Origin: Aquifex aeolicus VF5
GTDB lineage: Bacteria; Aquificota; Aquificia; Aquificales; Aquificaceae
DNA length: 32,000 nt
NCBI RefSeq assembly: GCF_000008625.1
Contig: NC_000918.1
Coordinates: forward strand, 210,001 to 242,000
Direction: 5' to 3'
Every line of letters starts with the position of its first letter. The first letter of the stretch is position 1. A model generated the notes under the pieces. It saw only the letters and a list, made by a program, of their open reading frames with translations, was not told where the DNA came from and searched no databases. Below, in pieces: positions 24,590-32,000 of the stretch. The position numbers were made by a program, and so were the translations under genes.

Positions 24590-26518
24590 ATGGATTCAAT
24601 TTCCTTTTACGAGTACCTTCTTACTAAAGGTTTTGAAGAGAGAAAGTCCCAGAGGGAGATGATAAAGATAGTGGAAGAGGCACTGGAGGAGGGAGGAGTT
24701 AAATTAATAGAAGCTCCCACGGGAACGGGAAAGACCTTCGCTTACTTAATTCCCATAATTGTTAATAAACAAAAGGCGATAATCTCTACAGGAACGAAGA
24801 TTCTTCAGGATCAATTAAAGAGGGACATAGAGTTTTTAGCCGGTCACTGGAAGCTCTTGACAGGACAGAAGGTAAATTACGCGGTAATAAAGGGAAAGGG
24901 AAATTACCTCTGTATAGACAGGTTTAAGAAAGAAGAAATTCCAGAAGCGGACAGGCTGGAAGTGGAAACCTTTATGGAAACCGAGTGGGACGGAGACCTT
25001 ACTTTAACAGGACTTGCTTCTGAAACTATTGTAAAAATAAACGTTGATGACGATTACTGCACCTTTGCGTACAGGATGGCGTGTCCCTTTTACAGGGAAT
25101 GTTATTACTGGGCTAAGGTAAAACGAAGGGAGGAAAACGCTGACATACTCGTGGTAAACCACTCCCTATTAGCACTCAAAGAGTTTGAGACAAAAGACAA
25201 AGTACTCGTCATAGACGAAGCCCACGAGCTTGACAGGTACTTAACCCTCGCAACGACCTTCGGTATAAGTCTTTACTGGTTTAAGGATCTTCAAAAAAGT
25301 CTTGAAAAACTTCTGGGAGAAAGTGTAAACATACCCGCGGAAGAATTCTTCAGGAATAACTTTGAAAAGCTCTTTGATGAGGAGAGCAACGAGGCAGCCC
25401 TTGAAAGCCTGAGAGAGTACATCCCCCAGATGAAAACACTTCTTTACATACCCTTAAATGAGGCTGTGGAAAAACTCAGGAAGAAAGTCAAAGAAGAAGT
25501 GGAGAAATTCGTCAAAGAAACCCTTATGGTCAGCTACACCTTTAAGGACTTCCTTGAAAATACCTTGCTCTTTGACAGAGACCTGATTGATTCCGTAAAC
25601 GCTGGATACGAAGAACCAACGGAAAGAGAAAAGGAATTAATCAACAAAGTCAAAAAAATAGATTACTACAGGAGGAAGTTAAACAAACTGAAAGCGTTTA
25701 TAAGGACTGCCGAAGACGAAGAGGAAGGCGTAGGCTACAAAGTATCAAGGGCTTGGAGTAAAAAACTGAACGGTTATAACTACAGACTTGAAGCCTTCCT
25801 TATATTTCCGAGAAATGTAATAGATCCCGAGGAGTACAAGGCGGTAATCTTAACTTCCGCAACCGTGGAGCCTGAAGACATATACCTCACAACTGGGATA
25901 ACCGGGGAGTTTTACACACTTCCCCACAACTATGACTACACAACGTCTACCATATTCATAGAGGACACGAACCCAAAAAAGGAAGACTGGAAGGACAAAC
26001 TCACGACAAATTACTACATCCTCAGGAGCGAATACGACAAAGTCCTCGTTCTTCTCACGAACAAGGAACACCTGAAGCTTTTCGAAGAAGACGAAGAGGT
26101 AGGCATTCAGGGAAAGGACAGCTTAACGAGGTTGATAGAGTTTTTAAGAAGCGGAAGGATAAAGGCTTTAATTGGACTTGATAGCCTCTGGACAGGTGTT
26201 GACGTAAAGGGAGAGAAAGGTATTCTGATGTCAAAACTCCCCTTTGAAAACCCGAGAGATCCCCTTACGTACCACAGGCTGAAGTTCTTAGAAAAGGTAG
26301 GAGAAGACCCCTTTACATACCAAAGGAGAAAAGCTTACATAAAGTTCAGACAAGGAGTGGGGAGACTAATAAGGCAGAACTCCGACAAAGGAAAGATAGT
26401 TCTGTGCGACAACAGGATATGGCGATACAGGGAGTTCGTGGACTTCCTACGTTCCTTAGGAATAAACATAGTGAGTAAGGGCAAGTTCAAGAGAAAGAAG
26501 AGAACTCCTTTCTGGTAG
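24590..26518 (+). CDS. dinG: DinG/XPD-like Fe-S superfamily 2 DNA helicase
   Basis: 642 aa; 'RKSQREMIKIVEEALEEGGVKLIEAPTGTGKTFAYLIP' (Walker A), 'VLVIDEAHELDRY' (DEAH), four Cys 'YLCID...DYCTFAYRMACPFYRECYYW', 'VVNHSLL', 'DSLWTGVDVKGEKG', 'GVGRLIRQ'. Confidence 0.88.
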   Translation: MDSISFYEYLLTKGFEERKSQREMIKIVEEALEEGGVKLIEAPTGTGKTFAYLIPIIVNKQKAIISTGTKILQDQLKRDIEFLAGHWKLLTGQKVNYAVIKGKGNYLCIDRFKKEEIPEADRLEVETFMETEWDGDLTLTGLASETIVKINVDDDYCTFAYRMACPFYRECYYWAKVKRREENADILVVNHSLLALKEFETKDKVLVIDEAHELDRYLTLATTFGISLYWFKDLQKSLEKLLGESVNIPAEEFFRNNFEKLFDEESNEAALESLREYIPQMKTLLYIPLNEAVEKLRKKVKEEVEKFVKETLMVSYTFKDFLENTLLFDRDLIDSVNAGYEEPTEREKELINKVKKIDYYRRKLNKLKAFIRTAEDEEEGVGYKVSRAWSKKLNGYNYRLEAFLIFPRNVIDPEEYKAVILTSATVEPEDIYLTTGITGEFYTLPHNYDYTTSTIFIEDTNPKKEDWKDKLTTNYYILRSEYDKVLVLLTNKEHLKLFEEDEEVGIQGKDSLTRLIEFLRSGRIKALIGLDSLWTGVDVKGEKGILMSKLPFENPRDPLTYHRLKFLEKVGEDPFTYQRRKAYIKFRQGVGRLIRQNSDKGKIVLCDNRIWRYREFVDFLRSLGINIVSKGKFKRKKRTPFW

Positions 26519-26529
26519 TATTTCACTAA

Positions 26530-27600
26530 ATGCTGCTTGACAGGTATCTGCTTTCCCGATTTCTCGGAATATTTCTCAACGTAAGTTTTGTGAGCGTTTT
26601 GCTCGTTTCCCTCTACGCACTCCTTGACTTCCTTGTAGGTTTTAAGGAAAAGCGAACTGACGTTGCACTCTCGTATTTTCTCAACATCCTGCCCTTAGGT
26701 TTTTACTACATCTCTTTCATAACGCTTTCCATATCTCTAATACTCTTTTTAAGGAAGGTATTTGAGAAAAAGATGGAGTTAACGGTTCAGAGTTTCGGGA
26801 TAAGTCCGCTGAGGTTTTCCCTTCCTGTGCTCCTATTTTCCGTCTTTTTATCCTCTACATTTTTACTCGGTAATGAGTACGCCTTTCCCAAACTCCTCGG
26901 TAACCTGTGGTTCATAGAAAAGAACTATAAAAAGAAACAGGAAGTCAAAGGATTTATAAAGAACTTCTGGTTCATTAAGAAAGAAAATGAGGTTAAAACT
27001 TATTATCACGTGGGAAACCTGAACTTATCCGACGGAAGTTTGTTTAATTTTTACACTATGAAAGTAGAAAGAAAGAATTTAAACCCTCTGGAAGTATTGA
27101 AAGTATTCTCAGGTGTTTGGAAAGATAAAGAAATCTTTATAAGAAGCGGAGAAATTTACGATTTTGAAAAGGGAAAGAGGGAAAAGGTATTCAACAAAAC
27201 TTTTAAGCTCGGACTTTCAATAAAGGAAGTAGAGCTCTTTTCCGAAAAGATAGATTTCTTAAGTTTGAGTGAAATCTTTTTCCTGATGCAGAAGAGTAAA
27301 AAAGTGGGTCTGAACGTGGACGTATACACAGGAGAACTCTTCTACAGGGTAATGTTTTCCCTTTCTCCCGTGTTTATCTCTATATTCAGTCTTTATCTTT
27401 TCTTCAAACATAAAGTGCTCTCTCAAGTTATTCCCAGATTCTTGGTTTTTATCGTAATCCTGTGGCTCGTTATACTTTCGCCTAAAATCCTCCCTCAGAA
27501 GGCAAACCAGCCCGTCCTTTACTCCCTTATTCCTATCTTCCTATTGATTCTTTACTCCTTAAAAGGAGTATACGATCTTCGCAAAGGATTCAGGGTCTAG
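26530..27600 (+). CDS. LptF/LptG (YjgP/YjgQ) family permease
   Basis: 356 aa; 'LDRYLLSRFLGIFLNVSFVSVLLVSLYALLDFL', 'KKMELTVQSFGISPLRF', 'ENEVKTYYHVGNLNL', C-terminal transmembrane helices. Confidence 0.82.
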   Translation: MLLDRYLLSRFLGIFLNVSFVSVLLVSLYALLDFLVGFKEKRTDVALSYFLNILPLGFYYISFITLSISLILFLRKVFEKKMELTVQSFGISPLRFSLPVLLFSVFLSSTFLLGNEYAFPKLLGNLWFIEKNYKKKQEVKGFIKNFWFIKKENEVKTYYHVGNLNLSDGSLFNFYTMKVERKNLNPLEVLKVFSGVWKDKEIFIRSGEIYDFEKGKREKVFNKTFKLGLSIKEVELFSEKIDFLSLSEIFFLMQKSKKVGLNVDVYTGELFYRVMFSLSPVFISIFSLYLFFKHKVLSQVIPRFLVFIVILWLVILSPKILPQKANQPVLYSLIPIFLLILYSLKGVYDLRKGFRV

Positions 27601-28302
27601 GCTTGCAGTTCCTACGAGTAGTCCGTTTATCTCTTCGTGTTTCATGAACTCTTTTGCGTTCTGTGGGTTTACACTTCCTCCGTAGAGGATACGGGTCTTC
27701 CCTTCGTTTTTGGGATTGAGCTGGTTTATTAAGTTCCTTATGAAGGTGTGAACCTCAACAGCATCTTCGGGGGTTGCGGGTGTTCCGGTTCCGATAGCCC
27801 ACACGGGTTCGTACGCTATGTCTATTTTATCCGTATGCTCTTCCACACCTGTGAGTGCGAGTTTTATCTGTGTTTCAATGACCTTAAAGGTCATCCCAGC
27901 TTCCCTCTCTTCTTTCTTTTCCCCAACGCATAAAATGGGTCTTATTCCCATCTCTAAGCACGCAACTATCTTCTTGTGAATTAACTCGTCACTCTCACCG
28001 AATATGTGCCTTCTCTCTGAGTGTCCCACTATCACGTACTCACACCCAACTTCTTGGAGCATGGGTATTGATATCTCTCCCGTAAAGGCTCCCCTCTTTT
28101 CGTAGTGACAGTTTTGAGCTCCAAGCTTTACACCCGTTCCCTGAAGCATTTTACCCGCAACGTAGAGGGAAGTAAAAGGAGGACATATGAGTATCTCCCT
28201 GCTTTCGGGGTGTTCAACGAACTTCAGGAAGGTGTTAATGTACTCTTCGGTTTCCTTTACCGTTTTGTTCATCTTCCAGTTTGCGGCTATTAATCTTCTC
28301 AT
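27559..28302 (-). CDS. tpiA: Triosephosphate isomerase
   Basis: 247 aa; 'RRLIAANWKMNKTVKE', 'YVIVGHSERRHIFGE', 'DIAYEPVWAIGTG', 'ILYGGSVNPQNAKEF', 'NGLLVGTASLDPESFAKIV'. Confidence 0.98.
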   Translation of the reverse strand: MRRLIAANWKMNKTVKETEEYINTFLKFVEHPESREILICPPFTSLYVAGKMLQGTGVKLGAQNCHYEKRGAFTGEISIPMLQEVGCEYVIVGHSERRHIFGESDELIHKKIVACLEMGIRPILCVGEKKEEREAGMTFKVIETQIKLALTGVEEHTDKIDIAYEPVWAIGTGTPATPEDAVEVHTFIRNLINQLNPKNEGKTRILYGGSVNPQNAKEFMKHEEINGLLVGTASLDPESFAKIVYSF

Positions 28303-28346
28303 AAGATCTAATTCTACTTAAATTGAAAATTAAGGAGGTGGGAGCC

Positions 28347-28661
28347 ATGCCTATGTACGTCATGCTTACAAAACTCTCCCCCTACGCGGTCAAAGATCCA
28401 AAGAAATTAAAAGAAATAGAACAGAAAGTTAAGAAATTAATTGAAGAAAACTGTCCCGGTGTGAAGTGGGTAATGAACCTTGTCGTTTTTGGTCCTTACG
28501 ATTATCTGGACGTATTTGAAGCCAAAGACGACGAAGAAGCTTCAAAGGTAGCCCTCATTATACGCTCTTTTGGACATGCAACCACGGAAACCTGGTCAGC
28601 AATGCACTGGAAAGACTTCAAGGAAGTAATAGATAAACTAAAGGGAGTTCCAGTAGCGTAA
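28347..28661 (+). CDS. GYD-domain-like small protein
   Basis: ORF track 28323..28661; likely start at the second Met (MPMYVMLTKLSPYAVKDPKKLKEIEQKVKKLIEENCPGVKWVMNLVVFGPYDYLDVFEAKDDEEASKVALIIRSFGHATTETWSA), preceded by a strong ggaggtg RBS. 'GPYDYLDVFEA' resembles the GYD motif. Confidence 0.75.
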   Translation: MPMYVMLTKLSPYAVKDPKKLKEIEQKVKKLIEENCPGVKWVMNLVVFGPYDYLDVFEAKDDEEASKVALIIRSFGHATTETWSAMHWKDFKEVIDKLKGVPVA

Positions 28662-29435
28662 AAGAGTTTCTTTTGTCTTTCTTAATACTTCCTCTGTATC
28701 CAGACACATTCTTTCTTCACAAACGTTCGGAAAACAGGGAGAGCAGTCCAAATTTAGTGAAATCTGAAAAACCTTATCTCCTATAGGTCTCCACACGAGT
28801 GGATCGGTAGGACCGTAAACGATAAAGGAAGGAACTCCGAGGTAGGAAGCGAGGTGAGAAATCCCGCTGTCAAGCCCTACGTAAAACCCCGCCGTTTTTA
28901 AGTGCTTTGCTATTTCCAAGGGAGATAGACTGAGAAAGTGAGGACTTAAAACCTCTCTCAAATGCTCTTCCGCCTCGCCGAGGAGGAATACAACTTCCTT
29001 CCCTCTTTCTTCCAGAAAATCTTTAAGTTTTAAAAAGACCTCCAGAGGCGGATTCTTCTTCTTGGAACCGCTGGAAGGGTGGATTACAACTTTACCCTTT
29101 AGAGGTGAATCTTGAACAGGTTTAATAGGCAACTTGGTTGAGAACTCCTCTCCCAGACCGAGGGAATTCAGGTAATGTTTTACTATCCACTCCCTCTTTT
29201 CGGGGAAAGGTTTTACATTTCCTTCAAAGGAAATGATTACTTTTAGATCGAATTCCTCCTCTGGGATAAATGAATAAACTCCGTCAGCGTAACCGACCTC
29301 TTTTGCAATAGAGAAGTAATCCGTATTTCCGACCGCTATCGTTTCGTAACCCCTTCTTTTTAAGATTTCCAAAATTGGGAAAGTTAGAAGAGTGTCACCC
29401 AGCCCACCTCGCCTGTAGAGGAGAGCCTTTTTCAT
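28638..29435 (-). CDS. ADP-heptose:LPS heptosyltransferase-like (GT9)
   Basis: 265 aa; 'YRRGGLGDTLLTFPILEILKRRG', 'KVVIHPSSGSKKKNPP', 'TAGFYVGLDSGISHLASYLGVPSFIVYGPTDPLVWRPIG', 'CSPCFPNVCEERMCL'. Confidence 0.87.
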   Translation of the reverse strand: MKKALLYRRGGLGDTLLTFPILEILKRRGYETIAVGNTDYFSIAKEVGYADGVYSFIPEEEFDLKVIISFEGNVKPFPEKREWIVKHYLNSLGLGEEFSTKLPIKPVQDSPLKGKVVIHPSSGSKKKNPPLEVFLKLKDFLEERGKEVVFLLGEAEEHLREVLSPHFLSLSPLEIAKHLKTAGFYVGLDSGISHLASYLGVPSFIVYGPTDPLVWRPIGDKVFQISLNLDCSPCFPNVCEERMCLDTEEVLRKTKETLLRYWNSL

Positions 29436-29866
29436 CAGTACCCCAGTCTTATTCTTACCCCTAGGTAAACGAGAAGTAAGCTAAGTATTAAGTTGAGAAT
29501 TCCGAGCCACTTTGCCCATACCCTGTGTTTTTCCGAGTAAAGAGCCTTTTTACCCGCCCACAGGTCGTGAAGCAGTGAGATAAAAACTACCACGAAGAAT
29601 ACACCGAGTTTAGTGTGAATGCTTGGACGGAAGCCGCCTTGAATTAAATAAGTGTTTACTAACCCGGTTACGAATAATAAAAACAAAGATAGGAAAGTTC
29701 CATACAGGGAGAAGCGCTTTCCAACTTCTTGAAAGGCTTCATTCCTTATCTGGGGTTTGTCCTTGAGGTACGGAGCTACCACAAGGGATAAGAAAAGCAT
29801 CCCGCCTACCCAGAAGGTAGCCAGTACCACGTGTAAGAAGAGAAATAGTTCCTTCATAAAAATCAT
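29435..29866 (-). CDS. CopD-like / DUF2269-like integral membrane protein
   Basis: 143 aa with four hydrophobic helices; 'LHVVLATFWVGGMLFLSLVVAPYL', 'HTKLGVFFVVVFISLLHD'. Confidence 0.65.
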   Translation of the reverse strand: MIFMKELFLFLHVVLATFWVGGMLFLSLVVAPYLKDKPQIRNEAFQEVGKRFSLYGTFLSLFLLFVTGLVNTYLIQGGFRPSIHTKLGVFFVVVFISLLHDLWAGKKALYSEKHRVWAKWLGILNLILSLLLVYLGVRIRLGY

Positions 29867-30240
29867 TTTACCGCCACAATTTCTATTTCTACTTCCGCAT
29901 TAAGAGGTAGTTCTTTCACACCTACAGTTACCCTTGCGGGTTTGACCGAAACATCTTTGAAGTAATCTTCGTAAATTTCGTTGAGTTCCTTAAACTTCTT
30001 TATGTCCGTAATGTAAATGGTAACTTTTACTATATTCTCCCTCTTGAGACCCGCTTCCTCCAGAATTGCGTCTACGTTCTTGAATATCTGAATTACCTGT
30101 TCTTTAAAACCTTCGACCAGTTTTCCCGTTTCGGGGTTTATACCTATCTGTCCTGAGATGAATAAAAAGCCGTTTACTTCAACTGCTTGAGAGTAAGGAC
30201 CGACGGGAACGGGAGCCTTAGGGGTTTTTATTTCCCTCAC
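29863..30240 (-). CDS. ridA: RidA/YjgF/YER057c/UK114 family reactive-intermediate deaminase
   Basis: 125 aa; 'TPKAPVPVGPYSQAVEVNGFLFISGQIGINPETGKLV', 'NIVKVTIYITDIKKF', 'PARVTVGVKELPLNAEVEIEIVA'. Confidence 0.96.
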   Translation of the reverse strand: MREIKTPKAPVPVGPYSQAVEVNGFLFISGQIGINPETGKLVEGFKEQVIQIFKNVDAILEEAGLKRENIVKVTIYITDIKKFKELNEIYEDYFKDVSVKPARVTVGVKELPLNAEVEIEIVAVK

Positions 30241-31949
30241 TTTTTGTCCTCCTCAATCTTTTCTTTCACAAAGTCTATAGCCTTTTCTATTTCTACATCC
30301 CACTTTTCTCCCGTGTGTCTGCTCTGAACCTCTACTTTTCCTTCCTTTACCTTTTTACCTACGACAATCCTGTAGGGGAATCCCACTAAATCTGCGTCCG
30401 CGAATTTAAATCCGGGGCTCTCTTCCCTGTCGTCGAATATTACGTCTATTCCCTTTTCCTCCGCCTCCAAGTAAAGCTTTTCCGCCACATTTTTCATTTC
30501 CTCGTCTTTTGTATTCAGGAGTATTATGTCAAGTTCAAAGGGTGCTACGGGAGTTGGCCACTTTATCCCTTTATCGTCGTGGTACTGCTCCACGAGTGCT
30601 GCGAGAATTCTGGAAACGCCTATGCCGTAACAGCCCATAATTATGGGTTTTTCCTTTCCGTCCCTGTCAGTAAAGTAAGCCTTCATGGGTTCCGAGTACC
30701 TCGTTCCGAGCAGGAATATGTGTCCGAGTTCAAGACCTCTCCTTACCTTTAAAGGAGAACCACATTTGGGACATGGGTCTCCTTCCCTTACCTCCGCAAC
30801 GTCTACAAACTCACCGTACTGAAAGTCCCTTCCCGGGTTTACGTTAATGTAGTGCCAGTCGGGTTCGTTCAGGGCAACTACCAGGTTCTTAACGCCGTAT
30901 AGGGAGTTGTCCCACAGAACCTTTATATTTTCTGGGAGGTTGAATATACCTATGAATCCCTTTTTCGTTCCGAGGAGTTCCTGAACTTCTTCGTCCGTTG
31001 CGAGTCTGAAGTTGTCCGTACCTAAGACCTTTTCAAGTTTGTTTTCGTCTATTTCCCTGTCTCCTCTGATTAAGACGAGTACAGGTTCTTTTTCGTTAAC
31101 TATGTAAAGAACGGCTTTCATTATCTTTGAGGGATGGACATCTAAGAACTTTGAGAGTTCTTCTATGGTGTGCACGTTAGGAGTGTGCACTTTTTCCATG
31201 GGTTTTTCTTCTTCTTTTTCTTCTTCGGGTTTCGGAAGGGGAACTATTTCCGCGTTTGCAGCGTATCCGCAGTTTTCACAGTAGGCTACCTTTGCTTCTC
31301 CATAGTCCGTGAATGCAATAAACTCGTGGGACATCTTCCCGCCTATTTGTCCCACATCCGCTTCAGCCATTATTACGTTCAGACGGAGTTTGTTGAAAAT
31401 CCTCTGATAAGCGAACTTCATAGCCTCGTAGGAAATCATCGCGGACATATCGTCCGTATCAAAAGAGTAAGCGTCCTTCATTATGAACTCTCTTGCCCTT
31501 ATTAAACCGAACCTCGGTCTCTTCTCGTCTCTGAACTTTACCTGTATTTGATAAAGAATTACGGGAAGCTGTCTGTATGAACGAACTACTCTTCTAACGA
31601 GGTCCGTTATTTCCTCCTCGTGTGTAGGACCAAGGCAGTACTCCCTCCCGTTTCTATCCTTTAGTTTAAAAAGTTCTTCTCCGTAGGTTTCCCACCTTCC
31701 CGTTTCTTCCCAGAGTTCTTTCGGATTTAAAACGGTAAGGAGTAGTTCCTGCGCTCCGCTCCTGTCCATTTCCTTCCTTATGATGGATTCAACTTTTTTA
31801 AGAACTTTGTAGGCTGGGGGAAGCAGTTCGTATATTCCCGCGGAAACCTGTTTTATAAAACCCGCTTTCAGAAGTAATCTATGGGAAGGCGCTTCAGCTT
31901 CCTTAGGTTCTTCCTTTTCGGTATACAAAAAGTACCTGCTCCAACGCAT
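30237..31949 (-). CDS. proS: Prolyl-tRNA synthetase, bacterial type with INS editing domain
   Basis: 570 aa; 'MRWSRYFLYTEKEEPKEAEAPSHRLLLKAGFIKQVSAGIYELLPPAYKVLKKVESIIRKEMDRSGAQELLL', 'CLGPTHEEEITDLVR', 'VKFRDEKRPRFGLIRAREFIMKDAYSF', 'IMGCYGIGVSRILAALVEQ'. Confidence 0.98.
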   Translation of the reverse strand: MRWSRYFLYTEKEEPKEAEAPSHRLLLKAGFIKQVSAGIYELLPPAYKVLKKVESIIRKEMDRSGAQELLLTVLNPKELWEETGRWETYGEELFKLKDRNGREYCLGPTHEEEITDLVRRVVRSYRQLPVILYQIQVKFRDEKRPRFGLIRAREFIMKDAYSFDTDDMSAMISYEAMKFAYQRIFNKLRLNVIMAEADVGQIGGKMSHEFIAFTDYGEAKVAYCENCGYAANAEIVPLPKPEEEKEEEKPMEKVHTPNVHTIEELSKFLDVHPSKIMKAVLYIVNEKEPVLVLIRGDREIDENKLEKVLGTDNFRLATDEEVQELLGTKKGFIGIFNLPENIKVLWDNSLYGVKNLVVALNEPDWHYINVNPGRDFQYGEFVDVAEVREGDPCPKCGSPLKVRRGLELGHIFLLGTRYSEPMKAYFTDRDGKEKPIIMGCYGIGVSRILAALVEQYHDDKGIKWPTPVAPFELDIILLNTKDEEMKNVAEKLYLEAEEKGIDVIFDDREESPGFKFADADLVGFPYRIVVGKKVKEGKVEVQSRHTGEKWDVEIEKAIDFVKEKIEEDKK

Positions 31950-32000
31950 AGGAATATTTTACGAAACTTAAAATATGTATACATTTACTTAATATGGATC

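Noticed and set aside
1-32000. CRISPR array, transposase, integrase, phage genes, toxin-antitoxin or defence cassette
   Set aside because: I looked for regularly spaced repeats and for characteristic proteins and saw none. Nearly every gene is a recognisable housekeeping or metabolic gene with tight spacing.

Overview
This is a compact bacterial housekeeping region. It is very probably Aquifex aeolicus, inferred from a leucyl-tRNA synthetase ORF that stops before the KMSKS motif, the FlgM sequence, and overall gene content; I could not search a database. It carries about 31 protein loci (three of them frame-disrupted) and three tRNAs (Leu-GAG, Gly-GCC, Cys-GCA). Protein loci include an aldo/keto reductase, an orphan ParB-like protein, murI, waaA, an alpha/beta hydrolase, a DUF1931-type histone-fold protein, a double-ferritin-fold protein, hemE, a P-loop ATPase, a CysQ-like phosphatase, mazG, an ArsA/Get3-like ATPase, an ADP-heptose epimerase-like gene, a vWA protein, pth, an L25/CTC gene, ribBA, the leuS alpha subunit, mlaE-like permease, cimA, flgM, a DinG-like helicase, an LptF/G permease, tpiA, a heptosyltransferase, ridA and proS. 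I found no CRISPR array, integrated mobile element or obvious defence island, and no previously undescribed multi-gene system. The most notable signals are: (1) a PhnD-like/PAS/GAF/PAS/degenerate-GGDEF/EAL gene (9402-12556) split by five apparent frame changes, at least four at or next to A-rich runs, with intact EAL motifs downstream; (2) clean single-base frame breaks in the DUF815-like ATPase (~7262) and the ribosomal protein L25 gene (~18500); (3) the split LeuRS alpha subunit; (4) a tandem histone-fold candidate; (5) a duplicated ferritin-like protein whose second half has a modified metal site; and (6) a CysQ reading frame that terminates inside the tRNA-Cys gene on the opposite strand.
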